A DNA stretch of 64,000 nt from Hemiscyllium ocellatum (GCF_020745735.1 NC_083405.1:64818345-64882344); one strand, 5' to 3'; shown: positions 1 through 12,120, numbered from the stretch's first letter. Program-made: numbers and translations. Notes: generated by a model not told the origin, from the sequence alone.

Positions 1-290
1 GGAAAAGACCTTGTCTATTTATCCTATCCATGCCCCTCATTATTTTTAAAACTCTATAAGATCACCCCTCAGCTTCTGACACTCCAGTGAGTGTTCATTA
101 ATTTGCTTAACATTCACCACAGTTAATTGGCTAACTGTCCATCAGGAACAATTTGCAAATGGACTTGCATACCATCTGCGGTTTTAGACAGATATGGGTC
201 AAACGCTAGCAAATAGGCCTTGTGCAATTTAGAAACCTGATTGGCATGGATGCATTGGGCCGAAGGGCCTGTTTAGGCTGTGAGTCTACT
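1..290. mobile_element. CR1 LINE fragments (1-90 minus; 3' tail ~170-290 plus)
   Basis: Similar to the CR1 3' region at 8360-8745, including the tail gggccgaagggcctgttt. Confidence 0.7.
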
Positions 291-799
291 AGCTCTCAGT
301 TTCAAAACCTTACAAATGAAAGCTAGTTAACATACTAACATCTTCGACTACCACTTGTAACTCCCACAATATTCTTGTGCAAATGAACACACTCCCCATT
401 AACTGATTGTCATAAAATAAACAAACCTAATTCAATAATATCTTGGCAGTCTTGCCCGCTGCCATATCACATGGGCACAGGCAGGCTGTTTTGCTTCTCT
501 GTGATCACTCTTAGGTGCAAACTGAGCAGAGACTACTAGGCAACAATCAAGTATAAAATAATTTGTCCTGATTTCGGATTGACGTACATCTTGCTTACTA
601 TTTTAGGATAAAGATCTATTCTGGATTTACAAACAGTTCTCAGACATTCCTTCACCTGTGTTACTCCCCTACGATTCCTGAGCACTATATGAGTGACCAG
701 CTCCACTACGTTTTCTAGGCTGTACTAGTCGCCAGGTGGAGAGAGTACCACCCAAGCTTTGCTTTTTCTCACATATTTCAGCCCTTCCCAATACTGCCG

Positions 800-1300
800 A
801 CTCCCTGCAAATATTGACAAGATGCTTGCGCGCGCACCCTCTCCGCCTCCTCCGGCTGTACCTTGACCACAGACTCGGAAAGTAAAAGGATAGCAGCCGC
901 CGGGTCTAAGTTGAGCGCTGGCAGCTCACTGTGCCCGAACTGCCCACCTCCACATTCAGGAGACACGGTGCCGCTGCCTGTCAGTTAGGATCAGTCTCGC
1001 TCCGCGGTTCGATCTTGGCTCGAAACTCTCATCACAAAGCTCGCGAGCAGGTGTGCAACGTCAGAAGCTCTTCACTCCCGTGTACACCGCTCCGCCCAAG
1101 TCTCCGCGGCCGCGCGCACTCGGGGAGGTTTGCCCAACCCACCGCGGCCGCGCGCCCTCATAGCTCCACCCAACCCACCGCGGCCGCGCGCCCTCATAGC
1201 TCCACCCAACCCACCGCGGACGCGCGCACCATGACAGCGCTCGCGCTCGTAACATTGGCTGTTGGCAGCGTGAGATTTACACAAGCAAAGCGATGATTTT
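800..1300 (-). promoter_or_regulatory. CpG island and probable promoter with a non-coding first exon
   Basis: Dense CpG in a CpG-poor window. On the minus strand: CCAAT (~1254-1260), GC box TGGGCGGAG (~1090-1098), palindrome GCTCGCGAGC (1039-1048), candidate donor AAG|GTACAG at 862/861. No convincing ORF. Confidence 0.65.
1133..1228. repeat. 36-bp tandem repeat, ~2.7 copies, inside the CpG island
   Basis: Unit cccaacccaccgcggccgcgcgccctcatagctcca repeated directly. Confidence 0.95.
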
Positions 1301-2589
1301 TTTTACGTTTGACAGTACAGTATTTTAATTCACCGTTCCTGCACTTCACCGGCTAATGTAGTTCTTAAATTGTGAGGATCAATTATTATCTAATTTTGTT
1401 TTATGGTTCGTATCGTACTTTTAAGTCACAAATGTTGGATACAACGAACGTAATTTTCAGATCTTATTGAATGAAGGATCAGACTAGATGGCCCGAATAG
1501 CCTACTTCTGCTCTTTTGGTCTCATCCTCTTGCTTGACGATATGTTGTTCAAAACAGACTGTAGTGACATAAAGGAAGCAGAAAGCAAGTGTATTGAAGA
1601 AAGCTAGCTATGAAAACGGTTAGTAAGAGTTTCTACAAGTATTTGATGAGGGAACGGAGTAAGTAAAGCTAATATTGGGAATTGAGAAGGAGAGCAAAGA
1701 AACGGCAGAGGCTTGAACAAGAATTTTGCAGTACAAGTGTTTTTGCAGTACAAGACTTTGAAAACTTTCCAAAGATAATTGAAAATCAAGAGGTGATGAA
1801 GAAAGATGAACATAAAACAGTCACCACCATATTGGCGCAAAAGACTGACCAGTCTGTTGGATTATGTGGACTGCATCCTAAGTTTTACATAATCTTGGAA
1901 ATCACAGGAATATGAGTATGAAAATTCATTTCATGATTAAACGTGATATCAAAAACAGATTAATTTTTTTGTTGCCAGTGAATGGGATGGAATCAGTAGC
2001 TAGGAAATGTTATTTGGGGCAAAATAGAATAGGTACGATAAGAAGCCCTGGATAAATGTCTCACTAAATGCTTTCTGGAGAAACATCCATAATATGCTTC
2101 TTGTTATTGTTAGCATTAGCTATAACATGGATGGAATTGCATTATGACAGTTACTATAGTTACAATACTGACTGAATGGCATTTGAGCACAAACTCATCC
2201 AAGATTCGAGATTTGCTGTAAACTGAAAACAACATGATAAAACTTGTATTTGTTGCTTTGACAACTAGCTTTGAAAGGATTTTCTATATTTATGTCTAGT
2301 TGAAAAATAGATATGTCAGTCACATTTTACCATTTCAAGTGGAGACAAGACCTCTATAAAATTAAACAAATCTGCCATGAAATATAACATATATGCAGTT
2401 GTAGCACCTGATAATTTTGAGTTCTTTCTTTTTCTTTTCCTGTAAATTTTGATTCAACATAGACTAATTTTTATAGACGCTGGATACCAAACTGAAGTTC
2501 CTGCACAGTTGTATTATTTTTGAAAAGATATTTAAGTATCTTTCAATAATCTAAAATTACAAGCTATTACTCACAGAAGCTGAATGACA

Positions 2590-3260
2590 GGAAATAGAGT
2601 AATGATAATTGGATGGTTTTCAGCCTTGAGAAATGTTTGCATTGGACTTCCCTTGGGTTGAGTTTGGGACTTGTTTTTCTTTATATATGTAAATTACCTA
2701 GATCTTGGTGTACATGGTAAAATTTAAGGTTTGTGGATGATACAAAACTTGAATATATTGTGAACGGTGAAGAGGAGAGTGTAGAACCTTAAAAGGATAT
2801 AGACCAGTTGATAGAATGAAAAGATGAGTGGCTGGTGAAGCTTAATACTGAGAAATGTGAACTGATTCATTTTGGTATGAAGAACATGGTAAGACAATGT
2901 AAAATAAAGGGCATAATACTTAAGTGGATGCAGATGCAGATGGTGTTTATGTGCATAAGTTATTGAAGACAGCAGAACAGATTGAGAGTAAAGTTTAGGT
3001 GCATAGTTTATTGATTAGGGTATCAAATATAAGAGCACACAAGGATTGTATCTTGTTCTGGTTGCTGCAATGTAGGAAGGACACAAGTATATTTGAGCAA
3101 ATATAGAAAGGTTTCATGAAAATGGTTCCAAGACGACAAATTTCAGTTCTGAAGGAGCTTGAAGAAGGGACCCATGTTTTCAATGGAGAAAAGGCTGAGA
3201 GAAGATTCAATAAAGTGATTAAAAATCTTATCAAAATTAGGTGTCTAGACGTAAGGCAGT
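2590..3260 (+). mobile_element. Degraded CR1 LINE RT/3' fragment
   Basis: tttgtggatgatacaaaa (FVDDTK) plus a downstream region similar to other CR1 copies in the window. Confidence 0.7.
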
Positions 3261-3304
3261 GAAAAACTATTTGTGTGGAGCAAAGGGTGATCCTGATGTA
3301 AAGA

Positions 3305-3444
3305 AGAACATAAGAACCAGGAGCAGGAGTAGGCCATCTGGCCTATCAAGCCTGCTCTGCCATTCAGATTGGTTTCACAGGTCGGCACAACATTGAGGGC
3401 CGAAGGGCCTGTACTGAGCTGTAATGTTCTATGTTCTATGTTCA
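3305..3444. mobile_element. Two short CR1/SINE tail fragments in opposite orientations
   Basis: gaacataagaaccaggagcaggagtaggcc (minus-strand tail) followed by gggccgaagggcctgtac...(gttctat)n (plus-strand tail). Confidence 0.7.
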
Positions 3445-4133
3445 ATGCTTGACGTCATTCTTTTATCCATGCTGGATGCTCAGAAAATGGTGTTTATTCT
3501 AATTTACAACTTCCAGAATGACGTGAATCAACTATTACAGTAATGAAATATATACCCTCTTCAAGTCTTCTCCAAGGCAACCAAAACATCAGACAGATGG
3601 TGACAATGCTGAGACACTAGCAATCGGGCCCAAAATTTGTTTTTAAGGCAAATGAGATGTTCTGGAAGGCTAATTTAAAAAGAAGTTGCTTCTACTTTTT
3701 GCAATCATTTGGTAATAATACCTTCTATGTTTTGTTCTGACAATGTGAGGAGAGGGAATAGGCTTCATACAGGATCACAGAAATGTTAACATGTAGAGCC
3801 AGCACTGGTTCATTAAATAAGAAGCATTGTACCAGATTTTCTTCATAAGCTAGCACATTATTTTAATCCAAATGATCACCCATTGTCCCATTGAATGTCT
3901 TACCCCACTATACCAGTTCTCCAGTTTAAAATTAAATATTTAGAGTCTTTGCAGTGTTTGATTTTAAACCTGAAACTCATTGTTTAATTGTTGACTGAAT
4001 TTCTGGTGGCAAAGTTTGTAGATATCTTTGAGTTCTCATGGAATGATTGTTTTCCCAAATCACTTCTTCATTGGATGCAAGTTTTTGAGGTTGAGAGATG
4101 GGAATAGAGATACTTCAGGCTTCTTGTTATCAA

Positions 4134-4533
4134 GGGATGAAACAGTGGCAAGGTTATTAGCACAGCTGCTTCACAGCAATTCCAGCCTTGGGCAACTGTG
4201 CAGCGTTTTCACATTCTCCCTGTGTCTGCATTGTTTTCTGCTGGTTTCTCTGGTTTACTGCCACAGTCCAAATATGCGCAGATTAGATGAATTGGCCATG
4301 TAAATTGTCCTCTAGTGCCCAGGGAAGTGCAGGCAAGGTGGATTAGCTATTGTAAATACAGATAGGGTGGTGAGAGGTGCGGGGGGGGAGGCGGGTGGTG
4401 GTTGGTGGTGGCAATGGAGGGATAGTTGGGGGCGCTTGCACGAGGAGAGTGTGTCTGGATAGTGTGCTCTTTGGAGGATCAATGCACACTTGATTTGCCT
4501 CAATGGCCTCTTTTTGAACTGTAGGGATCTTTG
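4134..4533 (+). mobile_element. Degraded HE1-like V-SINE
   Basis: tRNA-like head, V-domain cacattctccctgtgtctgc...ccacagtccaaa, CR1-like tail. Confidence 0.8.
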
Positions 4534-5629
4534 AATTTGTGTTTATTTTTCCATTTGCTTTGCTGCTGAAATGGTATTGCTTGAAATTCAGTTCCTTTAC
4601 AAATTCCCATGCCTGACGTCATTTTTTATCCATGCTGGATGCTCAGAAAGTGACATTCATTTCAGTGTACAACTTCCAGAATGATGTGAATCAACTAGAT
4701 ATAGATCTGATTTTCAGTGTCCTTAACAGTGATGTTAATTTTGGCTGAGGCCTACTCTTGTTTACTGATGCTTGGTTTCACATGCTTGGCTCAAACAAAT
4801 CAGCAATGATATTAGGTCAGTATTTGTCACTTTTAAACATTCCTGAAATCCCTGGAAGTCTCAAATATTAAAATATCATTGGGAAGTTGAATACCAATAA
4901 TCCATTTTTACCATTACTAAAACACGCAGTATTTAATTTCCCACACAAGCAGAATTTGAAGAATTTATCAGTATCCATTATTTTAATGAGTGCTTCATTA
5001 AAATTAAAGCCAAATTATTAATTTCTTCAACCCCACTTTCAGTTAGCACAGGACAGTGGATGTAGGTGAGTAGAATTTGTTTTCAAAATAACTGATAATC
5101 ATTTTGGCACACAAACAGCCAGCACCCGAAACAAATCTTCCACTAACTGGTGAGATCACAGTTGATGTGTTTCTATCAAAAAGCTGGAAGGTTTTAATCA
5201 GAGTTACTACCCTTTCAATCACATCTCAGATCTCAATGCCTCATTTAAATTTAACAATTGATGGTATGTTCATTACAACAACGTTTATTGCACACTTTCC
5301 CTAAAAGATAAAAAAGCTCTTGCCCTATGAAAATTGAAGGTTGAGATTCCATATTCGTTTGCAAGGAATTTATTACCTCAGTGATTTCAAGTTTTCCTGT
5401 ACCTGTTTAGCAAAGTATTCCTTTGTTGCCCCCTTGCAGCATGCTCTTCTCTCTCCAAACCAATTTCTATGCCTCAAAACCCTTGCAGTTGCTTTCTTCT
5501 CCCTATTTCTTTGCAGCTTCCCCAAAATGTTACATCCCTCCCCATCTAACCTTCAACTCGTTTGTTCCCCCACACCCTTGAAGTCTCTTCCTCATCCCCT
5601 TTCTGTATCTTTCTCTCATTGCCTCAGAT

Positions 5630-6538
5630 CTATTCCCCTTTTCCCCTTCTCTCATCCCCATTCCCCCTCCCCTCCCTCACTTTTCCTATTTGCCTCCCTT
5701 TTCCCCCCATTTCCTTCCTTTTACCCCATTCCCTCTCTTTCCCCAATTCCCTGCCTTCTCCCCTCTTCCCTCCCCCCTTTTCCCTCTTCCCTCCCTTTCC
5801 TTCCTTTTCCCCTATTCTCTCTTCCTTTCTCCCAAACTTCATCCCTTCCCTTCCCCTCCCCATTCCCTCCCCCTCCCCCATTCCCTCCCTTCCCTTCCCC
5901 TCCCCATTCCCTCCCCCTCCCCCATTCCCTCCCTTCCCTTCCCCTCCCCATTCCCTCCCCCTCCCCCATTCCCTCCCCCTCCCCCATTCCCTCCCTTCCC
6001 TTCCCCTCCCCCATTCCCTCCCTTCCCTTCCCCTCCCCCATTCCCTCCCTTCCCTTCCCCTTCCCCTTCCCCATTCTCTCCTTTCCCTTCTCGCCTCCTC
6101 ATTCCCTTCCCCTTTCACCTATTTCTTCCCTTCCCCATTCCCTTCCCTTCCTCCCATTCTCTTCCCTTTTCCCCATTCTCTCCTTCCCTTCCCTTTCCCC
6201 CATTCCATCCTTTCCCTACCCTTCTGTTTTCCCCATTCCCTTCCCCTCCATTTCCTTGACTCCCTTACTCCCATTACCTCCCCTCTCTTCCCTTCCCTCT
6301 TTCCCTCTTTTCCCTTCCCTCTTCCTCCAATTCCTCCCTTCTCTTATATCCCCATTTTTCCTTCCTATCTTTTCCTTTCTATGTTTTCCTTTCTTCCTTC
6401 CTTCCCCCTTCCCCTTTCTCCCTTCCTTCCCTTCCCCTTTCTTCCTTCCTTCCCCCTTCCCCTTTCTCCCTTCCTTCCCTTCCCCTTTCTCCCTTCCTTC
6501 CCTTCCCCTTTACCCCTTCTCCTTTCCTGCTTCCTTCC
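5630..6538. repeat. ~900-bp polypyrimidine/polypurine low-complexity tract
   Basis: Nearly all C/T with ccccattccctcccttccctt-type units. It explains the spurious P/S/F-rich and G/E/R-rich ORFs. Confidence 0.97.
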
Positions 6539-7338
6539 TGAAGTAACTGCACAGAGGCTGGGTCCCATCACCAAATCACCCTTTATTTACTTGTAGACAA
6601 GAGCGTGGTGCTGGAAAAGCACAGTGGGTCGGGCAGCATCTAAGGAGCAAGAGAATCAACATTTTGGGCAGGAAGGGCTTATGCCCAAAATGTCGACTCT
6701 CCTGCTCCTTGGATGCTGCCTGACCTTTTATGCTTTTCCAGTACCATACTCTCGACTCTAATCTCCAGCATTTGCAGTCCTTACTTTCCCCCTTTATTTA
6801 CTAGTACACTGGCTGTGGCCAGCCAGCTTGGAGTCAGTCGTCAACTGAGGAGATTGTAATCTCTTGGTTTTTTTTACTGCGGAGTTTCTAATCTCTTGGT
6901 TTTATATATATTTTTCTTTAGCTCAGAGTGAGTCCTCAACTGAGGAGATTCTAATCTCCTGGTTAATTTTTTTTTAGAGAAACAGAAGGCAAATGTCTTC
7001 CTAGCCAAGGGAATTCTCTTCCTCCTCACAGTACACTGGCTGTAGCCAGTCAGCTCGGAGTCAGTCACCTGAACAGAAGAAATTCTAATCTCATGGTTAT
7101 ATATTGTTTTTCTTACTGAGGAGATTCTAATTTTCTGGTTATATATATTTTCCTTTAGCTCTGAGTCAGTCCTCAACTGAGGAGATTCTAATCTGCTGGT
7201 TATATATTTTTCCTGTACCAAGGAGAATCTAATCTCCTGGTTACATTGGTCAGCCAGGGCCTTCCTGATTGGCCCAGCTTAACAACTCCAGTTAAGAACC
7301 TCATGGTTAATGAGGTCAACCTGGTCCCAATCACTATG
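6539..7338 (-). mobile_element. Probable solo LTR (Gypsy-like) with an internal tandem amplification
   Basis: Minus strand starts tagtgattggg, contains CCAAT boxes and AATAAA, and ends gttacttCA. About 7 full or partial copies of gagtcagtcctcaactgaggagattctaatctcctggtt lie inside. Confidence 0.55.
6592..6789. mobile_element. Fold-back short Penelope-derived element (family A)
   Basis: Inverted arms meet at 6670/6671. 13-bp TSD ccctttatttact (6579-6591 and 6790-6802). Homologous to the 3' end of the Penelope element at 16090-16217. Confidence 0.85.
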
Positions 7339-7977
7339 CTTCCCTCTTTCTACCCCCTTTCACCTTTTCTGTTTTATATTTTACTCCCTTTACTCTCCTT
7401 TGCTCCCTTCCTCTACTAAAAGCAAATGTAAAGGATAAGCATTCTCTGATTGGACGAGCAGCCTTTCAGAGATTCTGACCCTTTGATTACACTCATGGGG
7501 GTGACTTCTTGTGGGTCCTTCCATGAATACATTTTCCCAGGGGTTTTGGTGGTGAATTTGTGCATTGCCCTGTATTTTGAGTGCTATTCATCAAGCAAGA
7601 CACATTGCTATGAAAAAGTTTGAAGACTCACCCAGCAGCAAGGCAGAGCAGCAGGAAGTTTCGAGAATCATCCCAAAAGTGGAACCAAGTAGTGAGAGAA
7701 TCAATAAAGAAGCAACTCAGTGACTGACAACCAACAATAGGATAAGTCATAACACACACCTTACCGCTACAAGATACATCCAAACGCTTCCAAACCCTTG
7801 GCAAGTTTTTAAAAAAAAGCAGAATTGGTCCAAATGATTTACGAAATACAGGAATACTTCAAGGCTGAGAACAAAGTCAAATAAAAATTATGTCACTGCC
7901 CTAACTTGTGATTAGTAGTGTAGTGGACAATGATTTAGCGAGATTGACTGGATGAAAAGACAACCAATTTTGTTGAG

Positions 7978-8745
7978 GATTTCTGGTCTCCTTTCTATCG
8001 GAAAGATGTTGTGAAACTTGAAAGGGTTCAGAAAAGATTTACAAGGATGTTGCCAGGGAGAGGCACCAAGGGGTGTGGTGCTACCTGAGTTCAAATCCCT
8101 GAAGGCACCAACCTGATGGTTAGCACTCTATGCACCCCTTCTTCCAGACCCTGTTCCTCAGATCAATCCACCCAACCAAACCCAACTTCATTATCTAACT
8201 ACTTCCCAGCTAATTCACCAATTCTCTTTTTTAGAGAAACAGAAGGCAAATGTCTTCCTAGCCAAGGGAATTCTCTTCCTCCTCACAGTACACAGTAAAA
8301 AAGAGAGCTACAGGGAGAGGCTGAACAGGCTGGGGCTGTTTTCCCTGGAGCGTCGTAGGCTGAGGGGTGACCTTATAGAGGTTTACAAAATTATGAGGGG
8401 GCATGGATAGGATAAATAGGCAAAGTATTTCCCTGTGGTGGGGAGTCCAGAACTAGAGGGCATAGGTTTAGGGTGAGAGGGGAAAGATATGAAGGAGACC
8501 TATGGAGCAACGTTTTCACGCAGAGGGTGGTACGTGTATGGAATGAGCTGCCAGAAGATGTGGTGGAGGCTGGTACAATTGCAATGTTTAAGAGGCATTT
8601 GGATGGGTATATGAATAGGAAGGCTTGGGAGGGATATGTGCTGGGTGCTGGCAGGAGGGACCAGATTGGGTTGAGATATCTGGTCGGCATGGACGGGTTA
8701 GACCGAAGGGTCTGTTTCCATGCTGTACATCTCTATGACTCTATA
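7978..8745 (+). mobile_element. CR1 (HER1-like) LINE 3' end, interrupted at ~8060-8300
   Basis: Typical CR1 C-terminus (FTQRVVRVWNELP) and (ctctatga)n tail. Confidence 0.9.
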
Positions 8746-8779
8746 TTATAATGCACTGAATACAGAATAGTTATTGTAA

Positions 8780-9000
8780 GATCAAAAACTAGGCATGAGC
8801 AAAGATTCATTTATCAATGCTATAATTTAGCAGATAACTGACTATGCAGTCTTATAAGATGGCCTGATTAAAGATTGGATCATAGTCAGAGCTTTGGAGG
8901 AAACCCTATCAGTTTTTTTTTGCAGTGTAAGGAAGACTTAACTTTAACTCAAGCAATGCAATTAGCAAGAGAGCTTAAGTAAAATAACCAAACTGTCTTT
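8780..9000 (+). mobile_element. Degraded Gypsy gag-like remnant
   Basis: Fragments read ...DSFIN...LADN...LIKDWIIV...LQCKEDLTLTQAMQLAR, resembling Gypsy gag. Heavily frameshifted. Confidence 0.4.
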
Positions 9001-10359
9001 ATTAGTGGAGATACAGAGGTCTCATTGAAATAATCATTCAAGACAGCATAATATGTTGGACACGCAAGTAAAAGTACTCCAAAGCTGAAGCTAGGAATGT
9101 GTTGCTAAAGGGAGCCTGATGCTGTCGTGCAATGTCCTCACTATAGTGTGAAGATTATCCTACACAGTTGAGAGTCATATGTATGGAAAGATACAGACTT
9201 CTTTAAAACAGTGTGTTGCAATAAAATGACCTTAACCTGGAAATCATAAGGGATGGTAACATGAAAGAAATTGAAGAGACAGAGCATTGCAACCATATTT
9301 CTAAAGGAAATAATATAAACACAAGAGAAGTATTGGACTGCTGATATAGAAGTAAAGAGGCAAGAAAGGAATTTAAAACATTCTGGACAGTCCTGTGACT
9401 CATTGAACTGGTTGACTCAATAAATATTCTAGCTATCCACAATTTGACTCCAGGGACTAGGAACCATCCAGGGTAAGATGGGTAGGAAAGCAAGTAAGTT
9501 GGTAAGGCAGTAAGGTATAAAGTTGGTGATTGAAGGGCTGGTGTGCTAGGTGGGTAGCATGGCAGATTTGTGGGTGAGGTGGGTTATTTGGTGAATTGGC
9601 TGGGAAGTAGTTAGATAATGAAGTTGGGTTTAGTTGGGTGGATTGATCTGAGGAACAGGGTCTGGGAGAAGGGGTGCATAGAGTGCTAACCATCAGGTTG
9701 GTGCCTTCAGGGATTTGAACTTGGCTAGCACCACACCCCTTGGTGCCCAATCAGAGCAGCATTGTCCCTGTATGTGAGAGAAAGAGAGATAATTTGTGAG
9801 AAGTCGCTTTTCCAATCAGAGACTGTTTCTCAGCCCATTTGTATCCAACATATTTCAACAACTATTGAGCCCATCAGCATCACGTATAAGAAAGAGCAGT
9901 CTGCAGAGAAGAAGCTTGGAAGGTAATTGGCTGTGGTGAATGAGCCACTGGATTACTGTCGAGCACAGTTCCTTGTCTCCAGGTGACTGTGTAACTTCTT
10001 GCCATGGAGGTGGCAATCACAGCTCCAGACTCTCGGGATTGCTGTCATCAGGTTCAGACACATCACCTGATATAAAATGGAGGGACACGAGGCTGAAATA
10101 TTTGCAGCAAAGCAAAACGGATAAGTGTGAGGAGTGAAGAGGAGAGGGGAGAAGGTTGCCAGGGGATGAAGATGGAGGGTTCAAGGTGTGAGGGGGAAGG
10201 CTGGAGGCTGTGCGATGAGGAAGAAGGAAGACTACAAGGATTTGGTGGGGAAAAGAGAAAAGGTGTAAGGGATGGAGCAGCTGCAACGTATGGATGGAAC
10301 ACATATGACAAGAATCAGGCTATTTGTCCCGTTATGCTTACTCTGGCATTTAATAAGAT

Positions 10360-11185
10360 CCTCACTGATCTTATGTAACTTCAACTCCCCTTTTCTGCCT
10401 ACACCTGATAACCTTTAGCCCTTTGCTTCCACAAGAATCTTATCTACCTCTGCCTTAATAAAGTGTTTAAATATTCTACATTCACCACACCTTCAGGAGG
10501 AGAGTTTCAAGACTCATGACTCTCTAGAGACAAAAAAAAACCTCAACTCTGTTTTAAATGGTGACCCCCTTACTTTAAACAGTAACCCCTAGTTCCAGAT
10601 TCTCCATTAGAGAAATAATCCTTTTTATATCCAACCTGTCAAAACTGTTATATTTTAGTCAAGTCATCTATTACTCTCCTGAACACCAGTGGATACATAA
10701 CTAGCCTATCTATCCATACTGTAGGGAATCTAATCTAATTCTTTCTTCATAATACCACTCCCATATTCCAGATGGTCAACTGGTAAACCTTCTCTGAATG
10801 GCTTCCAAAATATTCTTCCTTAAATAAGAGACTAATACTATTGATACCATTCCAGATGTGGTTTCATCAATGCCCTTCATAAATGAAGCATAACCACACT
10901 ACTTGATCGCATGCTGTTTATTTTTGTAGTTACTTGCTATATCTATATACTAATCTTTTGAAATTCGTGCATGAAATCTACATTTTCTTACCATTTAGAT
11001 AATATGCATTTCTCTTCTTCCTGCCAAAATAGACAGTTTCACATTTTTCCACATTATATTTCATTTGCAGGTCTTTATCCATTCATGTAACTTCTTTTGT
11101 CGCCTTATTATTGTCACAACTTGCTTCCCTATTTATGTGTCATAGGAAACTTGACGACCATACTTTCCATCCATTCAGTCGAGTT
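10360..11185 (-). mobile_element. Old CR1 LINE 3' fragment
   Basis: Reverse complement resembles the other CR1 3' regions in the window. Confidence 0.65.
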
Positions 11186-12120
11186 ATTTTTTTTTATATA
11201 TTTTTTTCTTTTTTTTTTAACAAATCTGCTAGGTTTTTTTATATTTTCACCACACTACCGCTGACTGCGGTGGTGCTTATTATTTTTTTCCCCAGCACCC
11301 ATGGTGTGGTGTGTGTGTGCAGGCGTGAGACACAGTGAGAGACACAAGGTGTACAAATCTTTATTCAATTTCCACCACCAGGAAGATAGGAAAACACCCG
11401 AGTGGCCTGTGACAAGCAGTGCCCCTCGCAAAGGGCAATGCTGTGTGATCAAACAGTGAAGGGGAGGGCAGGGACTAAATCAAAATAGAGTTGGAGGGGG
11501 AAATGACGCACTCCACTCCCTGCGACGCCCACCTCTCCCTGAACAACTGCAGGGTGTTGGTGGACACTGCATGCTCCTTCTCCAAGGACACCCGGGCCCT
11601 AACGTAACTGCGGAAGAGGGGCAGGCAGTCGGCCCTAACGACCCCCTCCATGGCCCGCTGCCTGGGCCTGTTTATGGTCAGTTTGGCCAGGCCCAGGAGC
11701 AGACCCACAAGGAGGTCTTCAGACCTGCCCTCCCTCCTCCGCACCGGGTGCCCGAAGATCAGGAGTGTGGGACTGAAGTGCAACCAAAAACAGAGGAGTA
11801 GGTTTTTTAGAAAATCAAAGAGGGAGTGCAAATGCCCACACCCAATATACACATGGTCCATGGACTCCACAGCACCACAGAACAAGCAGTTGGGCTGGGA
11901 GTCCATGAACCACCGCAATCTGCGGTTGCAGGGAACTGCTGCATGCAGCACCCTCCACCCCAGATCCCCGAGAGAAAGGGGGAGGACTCCCGCGTAGAGG
12001 GCCCTCCACTGGGGATCCCCACCGCCTGGTGGCAAATGGACACGCCAAGGTGGATGAGGGAGAAGAGGTGGACGGTGTGCAGCAGCAGTCTATACAGGGC
12101 ACGCCTTTTAACGTCCTTGA
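11186..12120 (-). mobile_element. Tx1-type (L1 clade) LINE 3' fragment with poly(A)
   Basis: ORF 12035-11475 has a C-terminal zinc knuckle CLFCGAVESMDHVYIGC and a DLGWRVLH motif. AATAAA at 11360-11365 and an A-rich tail at ~11186-11220. Confidence 0.88.

Noticed and set aside
778-1296. ORFs in the CpG island
   Set aside because: Mostly non-ATG starts, driven by GC content and the tandem repeat, with no recognisable homology.
4681-4748. Possible C/D box snoRNA (ATGATGT...CTGA...GTGATGT...CTGA)
   Set aside because: C boxes are imperfect, there is no terminal stem, I recognise no rRNA or snRNA guide, and the paralogous copy at 3445 does not share it.
5341-6596. Long ORFs of 401 and 344 aa
   Set aside because: They arise from a stop-free polypyrimidine tract and encode only low-complexity P/S/F/L sequence.
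6825-7245. CRISPR-like repeat and spacer appearance
   Set aside because: Eukaryotic context, no cas genes, irregular units, and linkers that are low-complexity and related to each other.
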